From an uncultured Planctomycetota bacterium (GTDB lineage: Bacteria > Planctomycetota > PLA2 > JAEUHO01): 64,000 bases of DNA. The notes under the pieces are model-generated. The model saw only the letters and a program-made list of their open reading frames with translations. It had not been told where the DNA came from and did not search any database. Below are positions 39,514 to 48,609 of the stretch, in pieces (position 1 is the stretch's first letter; each line of letters opens with the position of its first letter). Position numbers and translations under genes: made by a program. The stretch is from positions 992,001-1,056,000 of the forward strand of contig CAVVXN010000005.1 of NCBI GenBank assembly GCA_963752285.1, read 5' to 3'.

Positions 39514-39686
39514 GTGGCGTGACCTCCACCCGGGAGCGTACCGCTCCCGTCGGGACCCTGGCCGCAAACCCGGGACCGGACCGACCCGGCCGGGGCGGGC
39601 CTGGCCCCTCGCGCCCCGGTCCCGACCGGTGGTGGCGACGGGCTGGAAACCGGGTACCCACCGGCTGCCCAGGCGGTTCGACCCGG

Positions 39687-40841
39687 TCAGAGGTCCTCGA
39701 GGAAGCGGATCAGCGCGTCCCGCTCGGCCGGGGAGAGCGCGGTGTAGGCGTTCCGGACGGCGAGCGCCTCGCCGTCGTGGAGCGCGATGGCCTCCGCGAG
39801 CGTCTCGGCCCGCCCGTCGTGCAGGTACGGCGCCGTGGACGCGACGCCCCAGAGGGGCGGCGTGCGGTACACCCCCGCCTCGGCGCCGGGCTCGGCCATC
39901 CCCCGGAAGCCCGCCCCCATCACGCGGTGGAGGAGGAGGTCCGAGTAGAGCCGCACGGGTACGCCCTGGTCGTCGAGGAGCGACGGGACGTGGCACTTCG
40001 CGCAGCCGACGCTCGTGAAGAGCGCCTCGCCCTGGGCCACGGCGGGATCCTGCGAGCCCGTCCTCGGCGGCGGCGCGAGGTTGCGGAGGAAGAAGCCGAG
40101 GTCTCCGACTCGCGTCTCGTCGATCTCCGGGTCGGGGGCGAGGTCGGCGTCCGTCCGGAGCCCGAATCCACGCCCGACGTCCGCCGTCGTGATGCCGCAC
40201 TCCGTCCCGAGGGCGTCGCGCACGAAGTCGTCGATGCGGGGGATCTGCGCCTTCCAGCCGTAGCGCCCGATCTCCTCCTGCCCGGCCACCATGACCCGGC
40301 GGGCGCGGCCCGCGACGCCGTCTCCGTCGAGGTCGGAGGGGTCCTCGTTCGCGAGGATCTCGGCGTCCGGGATGTGGGCGATCCGCCCGAGCCCGAAGAG
40401 CGGCGGAGGCTGGCGCTGCTCGAACACGTCGGCCGTGCCGACGGGGTACTCCTCGCGCGTGCCGAGCGGCGGCGGCCGGAGCTTCTGGAGCACCTGGCCG
40501 CCGGGCAGGTCCTCGAACGGGCCGGCGCCGCCGTGGTCGAGCCCGAAGCGCGAGACGTTCAGCTCGAGGCCGCCCGAGCCGCCGAGGACGGGGTCGCGGT
40601 GGCAGGCGCGGCAGGAGTCCGCGTTGAAGTCCGGCGCGCCGAGGCCGTCGGCGTTCGAGAAGTCGCGGTCGAACTCCGCACGACCCTGGAGCCACCGGTC
40701 CCGGTCGGCCGACGAGAGCCCGGGGACCGGCCCGCCGGTCTGACCCGCCGGGGGCGGAGGCGGCGGCGCCGGTCCCGCCTCGACCACGAGCGCGGCGCCC
40801 AGGACGAGGAGACCGGCGAGGGCCACCCGGCCGCCTCCCAT
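39687..40841 (-). CDS. Di-heme oxidoreductase (DHOR) family protein, exported
   Basis: DGLG...SCRACH, PPLFGLG, DGDGVAGR, GRYGWKA, GCAKCH, YSDLLLH, RTPPLWG, YLHDGRA. Confidence 0.9.
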   Translation of the reverse strand: MGGGRVALAGLLVLGAALVVEAGPAPPPPPPAGQTGGPVPGLSSADRDRWLQGRAEFDRDFSNADGLGAPDFNADSCRACHRDPVLGGSGGLELNVSRFGLDHGGAGPFEDLPGGQVLQKLRPPPLGTREEYPVGTADVFEQRQPPPLFGLGRIAHIPDAEILANEDPSDLDGDGVAGRARRVMVAGQEEIGRYGWKAQIPRIDDFVRDALGTECGITTADVGRGFGLRTDADLAPDPEIDETRVGDLGFFLRNLAPPPRTGSQDPAVAQGEALFTSVGCAKCHVPSLLDDQGVPVRLYSDLLLHRVMGAGFRGMAEPGAEAGVYRTPPLWGVASTAPYLHDGRAETLAEAIALHDGEALAVRNAYTALSPAERDALIRFLEDL

Positions 40842-42124
40842 CACAGCTCCTCCAGGAAAGCCAGGAGGTCGTCCTGGTCCGCGGCCGCGAGGGCCAGGAA
40901 CGCGTTCCTCGACGCCAGGGCCTCCCCGCCGTGGAGGACGACCGCCTCGCGCAGGGTGTCGGCCCGCCCGTCGTGCAGGTAGGGCGCGTGCATCGACACG
41001 CCCCACAGCGGCTGCGTCCTGAACTCGGACCCCGTGGTCGAGCCGTCGTTCGCCGAGGTCTGGGGCACGCCGAAGCTGATGCCGTCCGCGAGGTCCGGTC
41101 CCATGTCGTGCAGAAGGAGGTCGGTGTACGGCTGGATCGCCCCGCGCGGCGTTGGGAGCGACGGCACGTGGCACGCGACGCAGCCGGCCTCCTGGAAGCG
41201 CGCGGACCCGCGCGTGCCCCGCGCGTCGAGCACGGGCGTCGGCGGCGGAGCGAGGAACCGCCCGAACAGGACGAGGTCCGAGAGGTCCTGGGCGCCGAGC
41301 TCGGGGTCCTGAACGCCATCCTGGTCGATGGTCGGGTCGTTGGGGTTCGCCGAGACCTGACCGGTGCCGGGCGGAGGGATCGGCTTCGGCGAGGCGACCA
41401 ACGGGTTCGTCGTGATCCCCATCTGGTTCTGGAGCGGGCCGCGCGTGAACCGCTCGATCGTCGAGGACTGGCACTTGACGCCGAGGCGGCCGAGGTCGCC
41501 GGCGTCCGTGTTGTAGCGGCCGCTGATCCCGTCTCGGTCCAGGTCGTCGGGGTCCGCGCGCGACACGATGTCGCTCTCGGGGACCATCTCGAACAGGCCG
41601 ACCCCGAACACGGGGAGCGCGTTTCGCTGCGCGGACACCACGGGGAACCCGAGGTACGTGTCGGGGAGCGGCGTCCGCCCGCCGGTCAGGCTGAAGGTCG
41701 ATGTCGGATGCGTGGCGCCGGTCCCGTACGCGGGGATCACGGGTCCGAGGAACGGCGGCAGGGGCTGGAGCGAGCCGGAGAAGCCGTACTTCGCGAGATA
41801 GAAGTTCCGGTACCGCTTCGAGGATCCGCCCGGCATCGGCGTGCTGTGGCAGGAGGCGCAGGCGGTGGCGTTGTAGAACGGCCCGAGTCCCTCGCTCGGC
41901 CGGAACCGACGGACGAACACGGCCCGGCCGCGCTCGAACGCCTGCTGCTCGGCGGCGGTGAGTCCCGGGATGGGGTCCCCGAGCTTCTGGGCCGGCGTGG
42001 GCGGGACCGTGGGGACGGCTCCACCGCCGCCCCCGCCGCAGCCCCCGAACACGGCCGCTGCCAGGACTGCCGCCCCGAGCGCGAGTCGCCGTGCGTACGT
42101 CGCTGTCGAACAGGTGCCGGGCAA
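40841..42124 (-). CDS. Di-heme oxidoreductase (DHOR) family lipoprotein
   Basis: GLGPFYNATACASCH, DRDGISGR, GCVACH, YTDLLLHDMG, RTQPLWG, YLHDGRA; FGGC lipobox; TTG start after AGGAG. Confidence 0.9.
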   Translation of the reverse strand: MPGTCSTATYARRLALGAAVLAAAVFGGCGGGGGGAVPTVPPTPAQKLGDPIPGLTAAEQQAFERGRAVFVRRFRPSEGLGPFYNATACASCHSTPMPGGSSKRYRNFYLAKYGFSGSLQPLPPFLGPVIPAYGTGATHPTSTFSLTGGRTPLPDTYLGFPVVSAQRNALPVFGVGLFEMVPESDIVSRADPDDLDRDGISGRYNTDAGDLGRLGVKCQSSTIERFTRGPLQNQMGITTNPLVASPKPIPPPGTGQVSANPNDPTIDQDGVQDPELGAQDLSDLVLFGRFLAPPPTPVLDARGTRGSARFQEAGCVACHVPSLPTPRGAIQPYTDLLLHDMGPDLADGISFGVPQTSANDGSTTGSEFRTQPLWGVSMHAPYLHDGRADTLREAVVLHGGEALASRNAFLALAAADQDDLLAFLEEL

Positions 42125-42248
42125 GGGCGACTCTCCTGAACACCGGGAGTATCCCCGGCGGGGCCCCCGGTGGCAATCGGGAGACCGCCGAACCGTCACG
42201 TCGGGGGGGGCTCCCGAGGCCCGCGTCGGTATCCTCGCCCGCATCCGC

Positions 42249-43048
42249 ATGGGCTGGCGATGGCGATTCCTGAGACCCCGCCTTCCCGGACCCGTGGTCC
42301 GGGCGATCTACCGTGCGTACGAGCGGGGGCTTCTCGAGGAAATCCGCCGCCTCCCCGTCCCCGGTCACGTCGGCTTCATCATGGACGGGAACCGCCGACA
42401 CGCCCTCGCCCAGGGGCGCCTCCCCTGGGAGGGCCACCGTCTGGGCTCGGACACGGTCGAGGCCCTGGTCGAGTGGGGGCGCGAGATCGGGGTCCGCACG
42501 ATGACCCTCTACGCCTTCTCGACCGAGAACTTCCAGCGTCCGGACGAGGAGGTGAGCACCTTGATGGCGCTCTTCGCGCACCGCCTCGCGGATCTCGCCG
42601 TGGACCCGCGCATCCTCGACCACCACGTGCAGGTCCGGGTCCTCGGGCGCACGGAGATGCTCCCCCCCGAGGTCCTGGAGGCGATCCACACCGTCGAGAC
42701 GGCGACCGAGTCGTTCGACGCATACCGGCTGAACTTCTGCATCGCGTACGGCGGGCGACAGGAGATCCTCGACGCCGTCCACCACATCCTCGAGAAGATC
42801 GAGCGGGGCGAGCTCGACCGGGGCAACGTGGACGAGCACGTGTTCGGCCAGCACCTGTACACGGGCGGCGACGACCCCGACCTGATCATCCGCACGGGGG
42901 GGAGTCGCGGCTCAGCAACTTCCTCCTCTACCAGGCCGCGTACTCCGAGCTCTACTTCACGGACGTCTACTTCCCCTCCTTTCGTCGCATCGACTTCCTT
43001 CGCGTCATCCGGGACTACCAGCGTCGCCGGCGCCGCTACGGCCGCTGA
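42249..43048 (+). pseudogene. uppS: cis-prenyltransferase (UppS family) with a 1-base frameshift in a G7 run; may be an intact gene with a sequencing error
   Basis: One frame has [38 protein letters not shown]. Another frame continues [19 protein letters not shown]...RRYGR. The switch is at 42896-42902. Confidence 0.88.
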
Positions 43049-43170
43049 GCCCAGGCCCGACCCGGGGCCTCCGACCCATTGCCGGCGCGCGCGGCGAGGC
43101 GCAGGCTCTCGCCCACGCGAGACGCCGGCCCGCGTGACGAGAGGCCAGGTCGGCGCGGAGGAAGACCCCG

Positions 43171-43566
43171 ATGAACCGTCAGCAGGTGTACGACGAGATC
43201 CAGGCGACCTTGGGCGTGCTGCCCGGCTTCCTGAAGCAGCTCCCCGACACGACCCTGGAGCTCGAGTGGAAGCTCCTCGTCCGCAGCCAGATGGACCCCG
43301 GGCCGATCCCGAACAAGTACCGCGAGCTGATCGGGCTCGGGATCGCCGCCACGACGAAGTGCCGCTACTGCGTCTACTTCCACACGGAAATGGCGAAGCT
43401 GAACGGCGCGAGCGACGCCGAGATCGAGGACGCCATCCACTACGCGAAGTCCTCCGCGGGCTGGAGCGCCTACCTGAACGGGAGCCAGATCGAGTACGAC
43501 GAGTTCACGCGCGAGATCGACCAGGCCGTGGCGTACGTTCGCGAGCAGATGTCGGCGACCGCCTGA
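43171..43566 (+). CDS. Carboxymuconolactone decarboxylase / AhpD-family protein
   Basis: KYRELIGLGIAATTKCRYCVYFH (CxxC plus His). Confidence 0.9.
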   Translation: MNRQQVYDEIQATLGVLPGFLKQLPDTTLELEWKLLVRSQMDPGPIPNKYRELIGLGIAATTKCRYCVYFHTEMAKLNGASDAEIEDAIHYAKSSAGWSAYLNGSQIEYDEFTREIDQAVAYVREQMSATA

Positions 43567-43720
43567 GCCGTTCGGACCCACCGCACGCGCCACGCGCGGC
43601 GGCAGCACGATCTGGTAGCCGGCGATCCACCCGCGGGGGCCGCCGTCCGGAACGACGGAAGCGGTCCTTCGCCCGCGCGAGGCGCCGAATGGGACGCGCC
43701 GGGCGACGGCCCCCGTCGGC

Positions 43721-45340
43721 GTGGCGTCGGGCCTGGGATTTGCCTCCGACCCTGGGATCCGAGGAGGATCCCCCATTCGCCCCCGACGCCTCCTGTTCGG
43801 GACGGTACTGGCACTCCTGCTCGGCTGCGGCGGCCGCGACGCCCCGCGCGGTGGGCGCGCGTACGACCCGGACGGCCGCCTCCTCGTCGAGCGCCCCCGC
43901 CCGGCGCACCTGCCGAACCTCCTCGTCATCGTGCTCGACGCCGTGCGGGCGGACGCCCTGCCGCCCTTGAACGAGACGAGCGAGTCGCCCACGCGCATGC
44001 CGTTCTACGCCTCGCTCGCCGACCGCGGCGTGCGCTTCACGAACGCCTCCTCGGCGGCGAGCTGGACGCTGCCGTCGATGATGAGCCTCCTGACCGGGCT
44101 CCTCCCGAGCGACCACGGCCAGGTGGACCTCGTGGCCGACTGGAGCATGCCGGCCGCCGTCACCACGTTCGCCGAGGTGCTGAGCGCGGGCTACGGATAC
44201 GAGACCGCCGCCTTCGTGAACGGGAACTGGTTCAAGCGCTCGGGGGACAGCCTGCTCCAGGGGTTCGCGACGCGCTCGCCGATGTTCGCGCTCCGGGACG
44301 TGTCGGGACGCGTCCGCCGTTGGAACCGCGACCGCGACAAGGCACGCCCGTTCTTCCTGGTCCTCCACACGTACGAGGCGCACGATCCCTACGGCGAGCG
44401 GAACCACCCCTGGCCGCCGGTGCCCATCGAGCACCGGACGATCGACCCCGCGCTCCTCGCCGAGGGCGCGGATCCCGCGGAGGTCTTCCGGCGCTGCTAC
44501 CTCGACGCGGACACCTCCATGGAGCTCGGCCTCACCTGGGGCCCACGCCTCGGGAGCCTGCTCCAGCGCTACAAGTTCAGGGGCTACGCCGAACATCCGC
44601 GCCCCGACATCGCCGCCGAGCTCGAGGCGGCGTACTGGAACGGTGTCTCGTGGGTGGACGGGCTCCTCGAGCGGGCCTGGACGGAGCTCGAGCACGACGG
44701 GCTCCTCGACGACACGCTGGTGGTGGTGACGGCGGACCACGGCGAGGCGTTCGGCACGCACGGGAACCTTGCGCACGGGCTCTACCTCTACGACGAGCTC
44801 GTCCACGTCCCCTTGGTGATGATCGGTCCGCCCCCGTTCTCGGGCGGGCGGCTCGTCACGGAGGAGGTCGGGCTCGTGGACGTGCTCCCGACGTTCCTCG
44901 ACTGGGCCGGCCTGGCGCCCCTCGAGCCCTCCAATGGTCGTTCCGCCCGTTCGCTCGTCGAAGGGGGGAGCTGGTGCCGTCCCGTGGTCAGCGAGGAGCG
45001 GCTCACGAGCACGAGCACGGGAACGCCGGTGGACGCGTGGCGGATCTCGGCGCGCACGGAGAGGTGGAAGTACATCGCCACGTTCCACCTGGACACCGGA
45101 CACGTGGCCGAGGAGGCCTATGACCTCTGGTTCGACCCGGACGAGAGGGACGACCTCGCCAAGGGAACGGGTCTCCTGCCCTCGGAGCAGGTGTTCGACC
45201 CGTGCCTCTGCGCCGCGATGGAGGCCGTCCGTGGCCGCATCTGGCACACGGTGGCCGGGGACGACGCGGCGCCCCTGCCGGACGTCGCGGCCCCCGGCGG
45301 CGCGGGCCCGCGTCCTACGCCCTGTCGCTCGACCCCCTGA
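43721..45340 (+). CDS. Sulfatase-like lipoprotein, paralog B
   Basis: PNLLVIVLDAVRAD, WTLPSMMSLLTG, HTYEAHDPY, TADHGEAFG; LLGC lipobox. Start approximate. Confidence 0.88.
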   Translation: MASGLGFASDPGIRGGSPIRPRRLLFGTVLALLLGCGGRDAPRGGRAYDPDGRLLVERPRPAHLPNLLVIVLDAVRADALPPLNETSESPTRMPFYASLADRGVRFTNASSAASWTLPSMMSLLTGLLPSDHGQVDLVADWSMPAAVTTFAEVLSAGYGYETAAFVNGNWFKRSGDSLLQGFATRSPMFALRDVSGRVRRWNRDRDKARPFFLVLHTYEAHDPYGERNHPWPPVPIEHRTIDPALLAEGADPAEVFRRCYLDADTSMELGLTWGPRLGSLLQRYKFRGYAEHPRPDIAAELEAAYWNGVSWVDGLLERAWTELEHDGLLDDTLVVVTADHGEAFGTHGNLAHGLYLYDELVHVPLVMIGPPPFSGGRLVTEEVGLVDVLPTFLDWAGLAPLEPSNGRSARSLVEGGSWCRPVVSEERLTSTSTGTPVDAWRISARTERWKYIATFHLDTGHVAEEAYDLWFDPDERDDLAKGTGLLPSEQVFDPCLCAAMEAVRGRIWHTVAGDDAAPLPDVAAPGGAGPRPTPCRSTP

Positions 45341-45359
45341 CCCGGCCCGACCAGGGCTT

Positions 45360-46559
45360 CTAGCGCTCGCGTCCCACGGCGCGCTCGAGCTGCTCGAGCT
45401 CGTTTCGGAGCGCCTCGAGCTCTGCGCGGAGGACGCGGAGCTGCTGGCGGACCTCGGTGTCGGACCGCGCGCCCGCCTCGCGCGCCCGCGGTCCGGGGTG
45501 TGCGCCGTCGGCGTGCGCCTCGTGCCCGTCGGCGTCGCGCTCGTGCTCGCGGCTCTCGTGCTCCTCGCCCTGCTCCTCCTGGCCCTCGTGCTCCTCGCCC
45601 TCCTCGGCTTCCGTGGCCTCGTCCGACTCGCCCGCGCTCCGGCGCTCGTAGAACCGCGCGAGGTCCAGGCAGTACGCACGGTGCGCGCCGCCGCTCTCCT
45701 CGTGGAGGAGGCTCCCCGCGACGCGAAGGAGCTGGATCACGCGCTCCATCGAGAGGCCCTCGGCCGCTTGGCCGAGCGCCTCGGCGGACGCGCCGGCGAG
45801 CTGGAGCTCGCCGAGCTTCACGAACCGCCCCATCCACTCCGCCTCGTCCCCGTGGCCGGCCTCGGCCAGCGCCTGCTCCGCGACCTTCAACACCTCGAGG
45901 CGCTTCGCGCGGTCGTCGAGGTAGGTCAGGTCGCCGTGGCCCTCGCGCTCGCGCGCGTGCGCCTCCTCGCCGCCCTCGTTCGCGGGGTGCTGATACCAGT
46001 CGGCCAGCGCGCGTGCGAGCGCCGCGCGGCGCTCGTTCCCCCGCTCGTCCTGCAGCTTGGCGGAGGCGCGCAGCAGCTCGACCACGGCGTTCACCGAGAT
46101 GCCCTGGGCGTCCTCGGGGCGCGCCGTGCCCGCCTGCTGGCGCTCGCCGGCGTTGATCACGCGGGCGAGGTACTTCGCGAAGTCCTCCTTCTTCGCGTCC
46201 CGGAACACGTCCTGGGCCTGCCCCAGGATCTCGAGACGGTGGCGGAGGGCGTCCATGTGCGCGTGCGGGTCGAATCCCGCCGGCGCGGCGTCGCCCCGGC
46301 CCTTCCGCGCCGCGGCGCGGCGCTCGCGCACGTGGTTCGCGATGCGCTGGAGCCGCTCGAGCGCGTCCTGCTCGTGGAGCTCCTTCAGCGCGGTCATGCC
46401 CACCTCGAGCCGGTGGATCAGGCTCGCGTACGCCGGGTCGTCGAGCGGCGGGGACGCGTCGTCCCCGGGACCCGCGAGCGCGGACCCGGCGAGGAGACCG
46501 GCGAGCAGCACCGCGACGCTCGCGCCCGCGACGAGACGAAACCTGTGGATCGACGGCAT
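45360..46559 (-). CDS. Exported helical protein with an internal duplication and a His/Glu-rich tail
   Basis: Signal peptide; two similar helical units; EEHEGQEEQGEEHESREHE segment; C-terminal coiled coil. Confidence 0.7.
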   Translation of the reverse strand: MPSIHRFRLVAGASVAVLLAGLLAGSALAGPGDDASPPLDDPAYASLIHRLEVGMTALKELHEQDALERLQRIANHVRERRAAARKGRGDAAPAGFDPHAHMDALRHRLEILGQAQDVFRDAKKEDFAKYLARVINAGERQQAGTARPEDAQGISVNAVVELLRASAKLQDERGNERRAALARALADWYQHPANEGGEEAHAREREGHGDLTYLDDRAKRLEVLKVAEQALAEAGHGDEAEWMGRFVKLGELQLAGASAEALGQAAEGLSMERVIQLLRVAGSLLHEESGGAHRAYCLDLARFYERRSAGESDEATEAEEGEEHEGQEEQGEEHESREHERDADGHEAHADGAHPGPRAREAGARSDTEVRQQLRVLRAELEALRNELEQLERAVGRER

Positions 46560-46635
46560 GGATGTCCTCCCGAGACGGCGAAGGACTACCCATGCTACGA
46601 CGCCGACGTGGAACCCCGTCGGCGGGCCGGATGGC

Positions 46636-47442
46636 TCAGAACCGCCACTCCGCGCCGGTCGGCAGGAGGACGAGCAGGACGAGGAGCACGCCGAGCGAGC
46701 CCCACCGCCAGGCCGGCCGGAACGCGCCGTCGGGTCGGAGGACCTGCCGCGCGAGCCGGGGCTCGATCTCGGACACGAACCCCGGCGGCTGCCCGAGCCG
46801 TTCGACCCGGAGCCAGGCGTCGAAGGCGCCCACCAGCGCGAGGGCCGCGAGCGCGGGGACGAGCCGGCCGAGCGCGGCGCCCGCGAGGAGCACGCCCATC
46901 CGTTCCCCGCGGAGCCAGAGGCCGGTGTCGGCGGCCATGCGCGTCGGACCGGACAGGGCGCGGAGGAGGGGCAGCCACGCGCCGATCACGAGCACCAGCA
47001 TCCCGAGCACGAACCCCACCTGCGAGAGGTGGCTGGCGAGACCGACGACGAGCCCCGCGGTCATCAGGAGGTCCACGAGCGGGTTCAACGCGCGCGCCAG
47101 CCCGGACGCGTCGCGGATCTCCGGACCCGCCGGCGCCAGCGAGACCTCGCCCGCGAGGAGGGCGAGGGCGCCGAGCACGGCGGCGATCCCGGGGTGATCC
47201 AGCACGAAGAGGAACGTCGCGGTGGCCGCGAAGGCGACCGAGAAGGACATCAGCGTGTCGGGACCGACGCCGCGCGCACGGAGCGCGTCGGCGATGCGGT
47301 CCCGCACCGAGGCGGCCGAGTCACAGGGCGCGACGGGCGCGGCTCCGGGGGCCGGCGGGACCGTCCAGACAGGACCGGCGGCGCGGGCCCGCGCGAAGCG
47401 CGGGGTCGTGGCGCGGGGGGCGGAGAGCGGGGGCGTGGACAT
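46636..47442 (-). CDS. Membrane protein resembling a degenerate CDP-alcohol phosphatidyltransferase
   Basis: IADALRARGVGPDTL and GLWLRGERMGVLL resemble PgsA-type segments, but the catalytic Asp motif is largely missing. Confidence 0.5.
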   Translation of the reverse strand: MSTPPLSAPRATTPRFARARAAGPVWTVPPAPGAAPVAPCDSAASVRDRIADALRARGVGPDTLMSFSVAFAATATFLFVLDHPGIAAVLGALALLAGEVSLAPAGPEIRDASGLARALNPLVDLLMTAGLVVGLASHLSQVGFVLGMLVLVIGAWLPLLRALSGPTRMAADTGLWLRGERMGVLLAGAALGRLVPALAALALVGAFDAWLRVERLGQPPGFVSEIEPRLARQVLRPDGAFRPAWRWGSLGVLLVLLVLLPTGAEWRF

Positions 47443-47544
47443 CGCGCGTGCTACCTCCGGGAGGCCTGGAAGGACCCCGGAGGGAGCATAGCGTTCGCCC
47501 GGTTCAGGTTCGGTTCGAACGGGGCGGCGGACCGCGCGGGCGCC

Positions 47545-48582
47545 TCACCTCGGCTTCGCGAGACGCAGGTCCGTTCGATAGAGCAGGTGCGCGTCCGCGC
47601 GCGCCGCGGTCAGGACCTCGCGAACGAGCCCCAGCCCGGGCACCACCAGGCGCTCGATCGACGTCGCGCCGGACGTTCCCGCGAGGACGACGAGCACGGC
47701 CGTACCGGAGCGGGTCCCGTCGGGCGTCTCGACGTCCACCGACCGCCACGCGCGTCCCACCTGTCGAGGGCCGCCGTCGTCGGGCCTCCACGTCCAGTCG
47801 AACGTCGCGCCGGGGAACTGCGGCCAGATCGGCTGCGGCGGGTCGAGGTCCTCGACCTGATCACCCTGCTTCCGCCGCGTCACGAAGAGTCCGTAGTCGG
47901 TCGAAGTCCACCACTCCTCGAGGACGGTGGCCTCGTTTCGCTGGATCAGAACGTGCGCCCCACGCTCGTCGTGGCCGGCCACGACGTATCGCCCGCGCGC
48001 GCGGAGCACGCCGTCCGATCCCGGCTCGACGCCCGGCAGCGAGAGCTTCACGCCCTCTCCCGGCGTCATCGTGAAGTCGTAGCTCCACGCCGTGCCGTCC
48101 GTGAGGGGGAGCCGCGCGTCGGATCCGGACGCGGGCAGGGGTTTCGGCCCGGCGACCACGCGGATCCCGGTCGAGGCCCACGGCGCGCCGTCGAGGAGGG
48201 TGTCGAGACGGTACGCGCCCGCGGGCATGTCCCGCGGCAGCGTGTACGAGACCGTCCCGCGCCGGGCCGTCCCGAGCGTGAGGTCCTTCCGCGCGAGCTC
48301 CGTGTTCGGCGCGGCGGCGTCGCCGACCGAGACCGCCGTCCACACGCTCGTCAGGACCTTGGGGTTCGCGCCTTCGGCGAGGTGGAAGGCCACGCAGATC
48401 GCGCGAAAGCCCGCGGGCACCTCCGTGAGCGGCACGACGGGCGACCCGTCCGCGGCGCCCGCGAGACAGACCACCAGGGGCGGGTCGGTCGTGTGCGGGC
48501 GCCCGGCGGGCGGCTCCGCCTCGACGGGCGGGGCGAGGTGGATCAGCGCGGCCAACACCACGCCGAGGGCCACACCCCGCAT
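47545..48582 (-). CDS. Hypothetical exported protein
   Basis: Signal peptide; Ig-like MPAGAYRLDTLLDG domain followed by LPLTDGTAWSY...VPGLGLVRE. Confidence 0.7.
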   Translation of the reverse strand: MRGVALGVVLAALIHLAPPVEAEPPAGRPHTTDPPLVVCLAGAADGSPVVPLTEVPAGFRAICVAFHLAEGANPKVLTSVWTAVSVGDAAAPNTELARKDLTLGTARRGTVSYTLPRDMPAGAYRLDTLLDGAPWASTGIRVVAGPKPLPASGSDARLPLTDGTAWSYDFTMTPGEGVKLSLPGVEPGSDGVLRARGRYVVAGHDERGAHVLIQRNEATVLEEWWTSTDYGLFVTRRKQGDQVEDLDPPQPIWPQFPGATFDWTWRPDDGGPRQVGRAWRSVDVETPDGTRSGTAVLVVLAGTSGATSIERLVVPGLGLVREVLTAARADAHLLYRTDLRLAKPR

Positions 48583-48609
48583 GGCCGCCTCCTTCCGGGA
48601 CGTCCCGGC

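Noticed and set aside
19207..39522. Very long alternative ORFs (e.g. 19207..24714 +, 25026..29534 +, 32402..37234 -, 32257..39522 +)
   Set aside because: Antisense or off-frame shadows of real genes, expected at this GC content; no recognisable motifs.
39560..39690. Inverted repeats between the DHOR and sulfatase genes
   Set aside because: Short GC-rich stems without a U-tract; plausible by chance.
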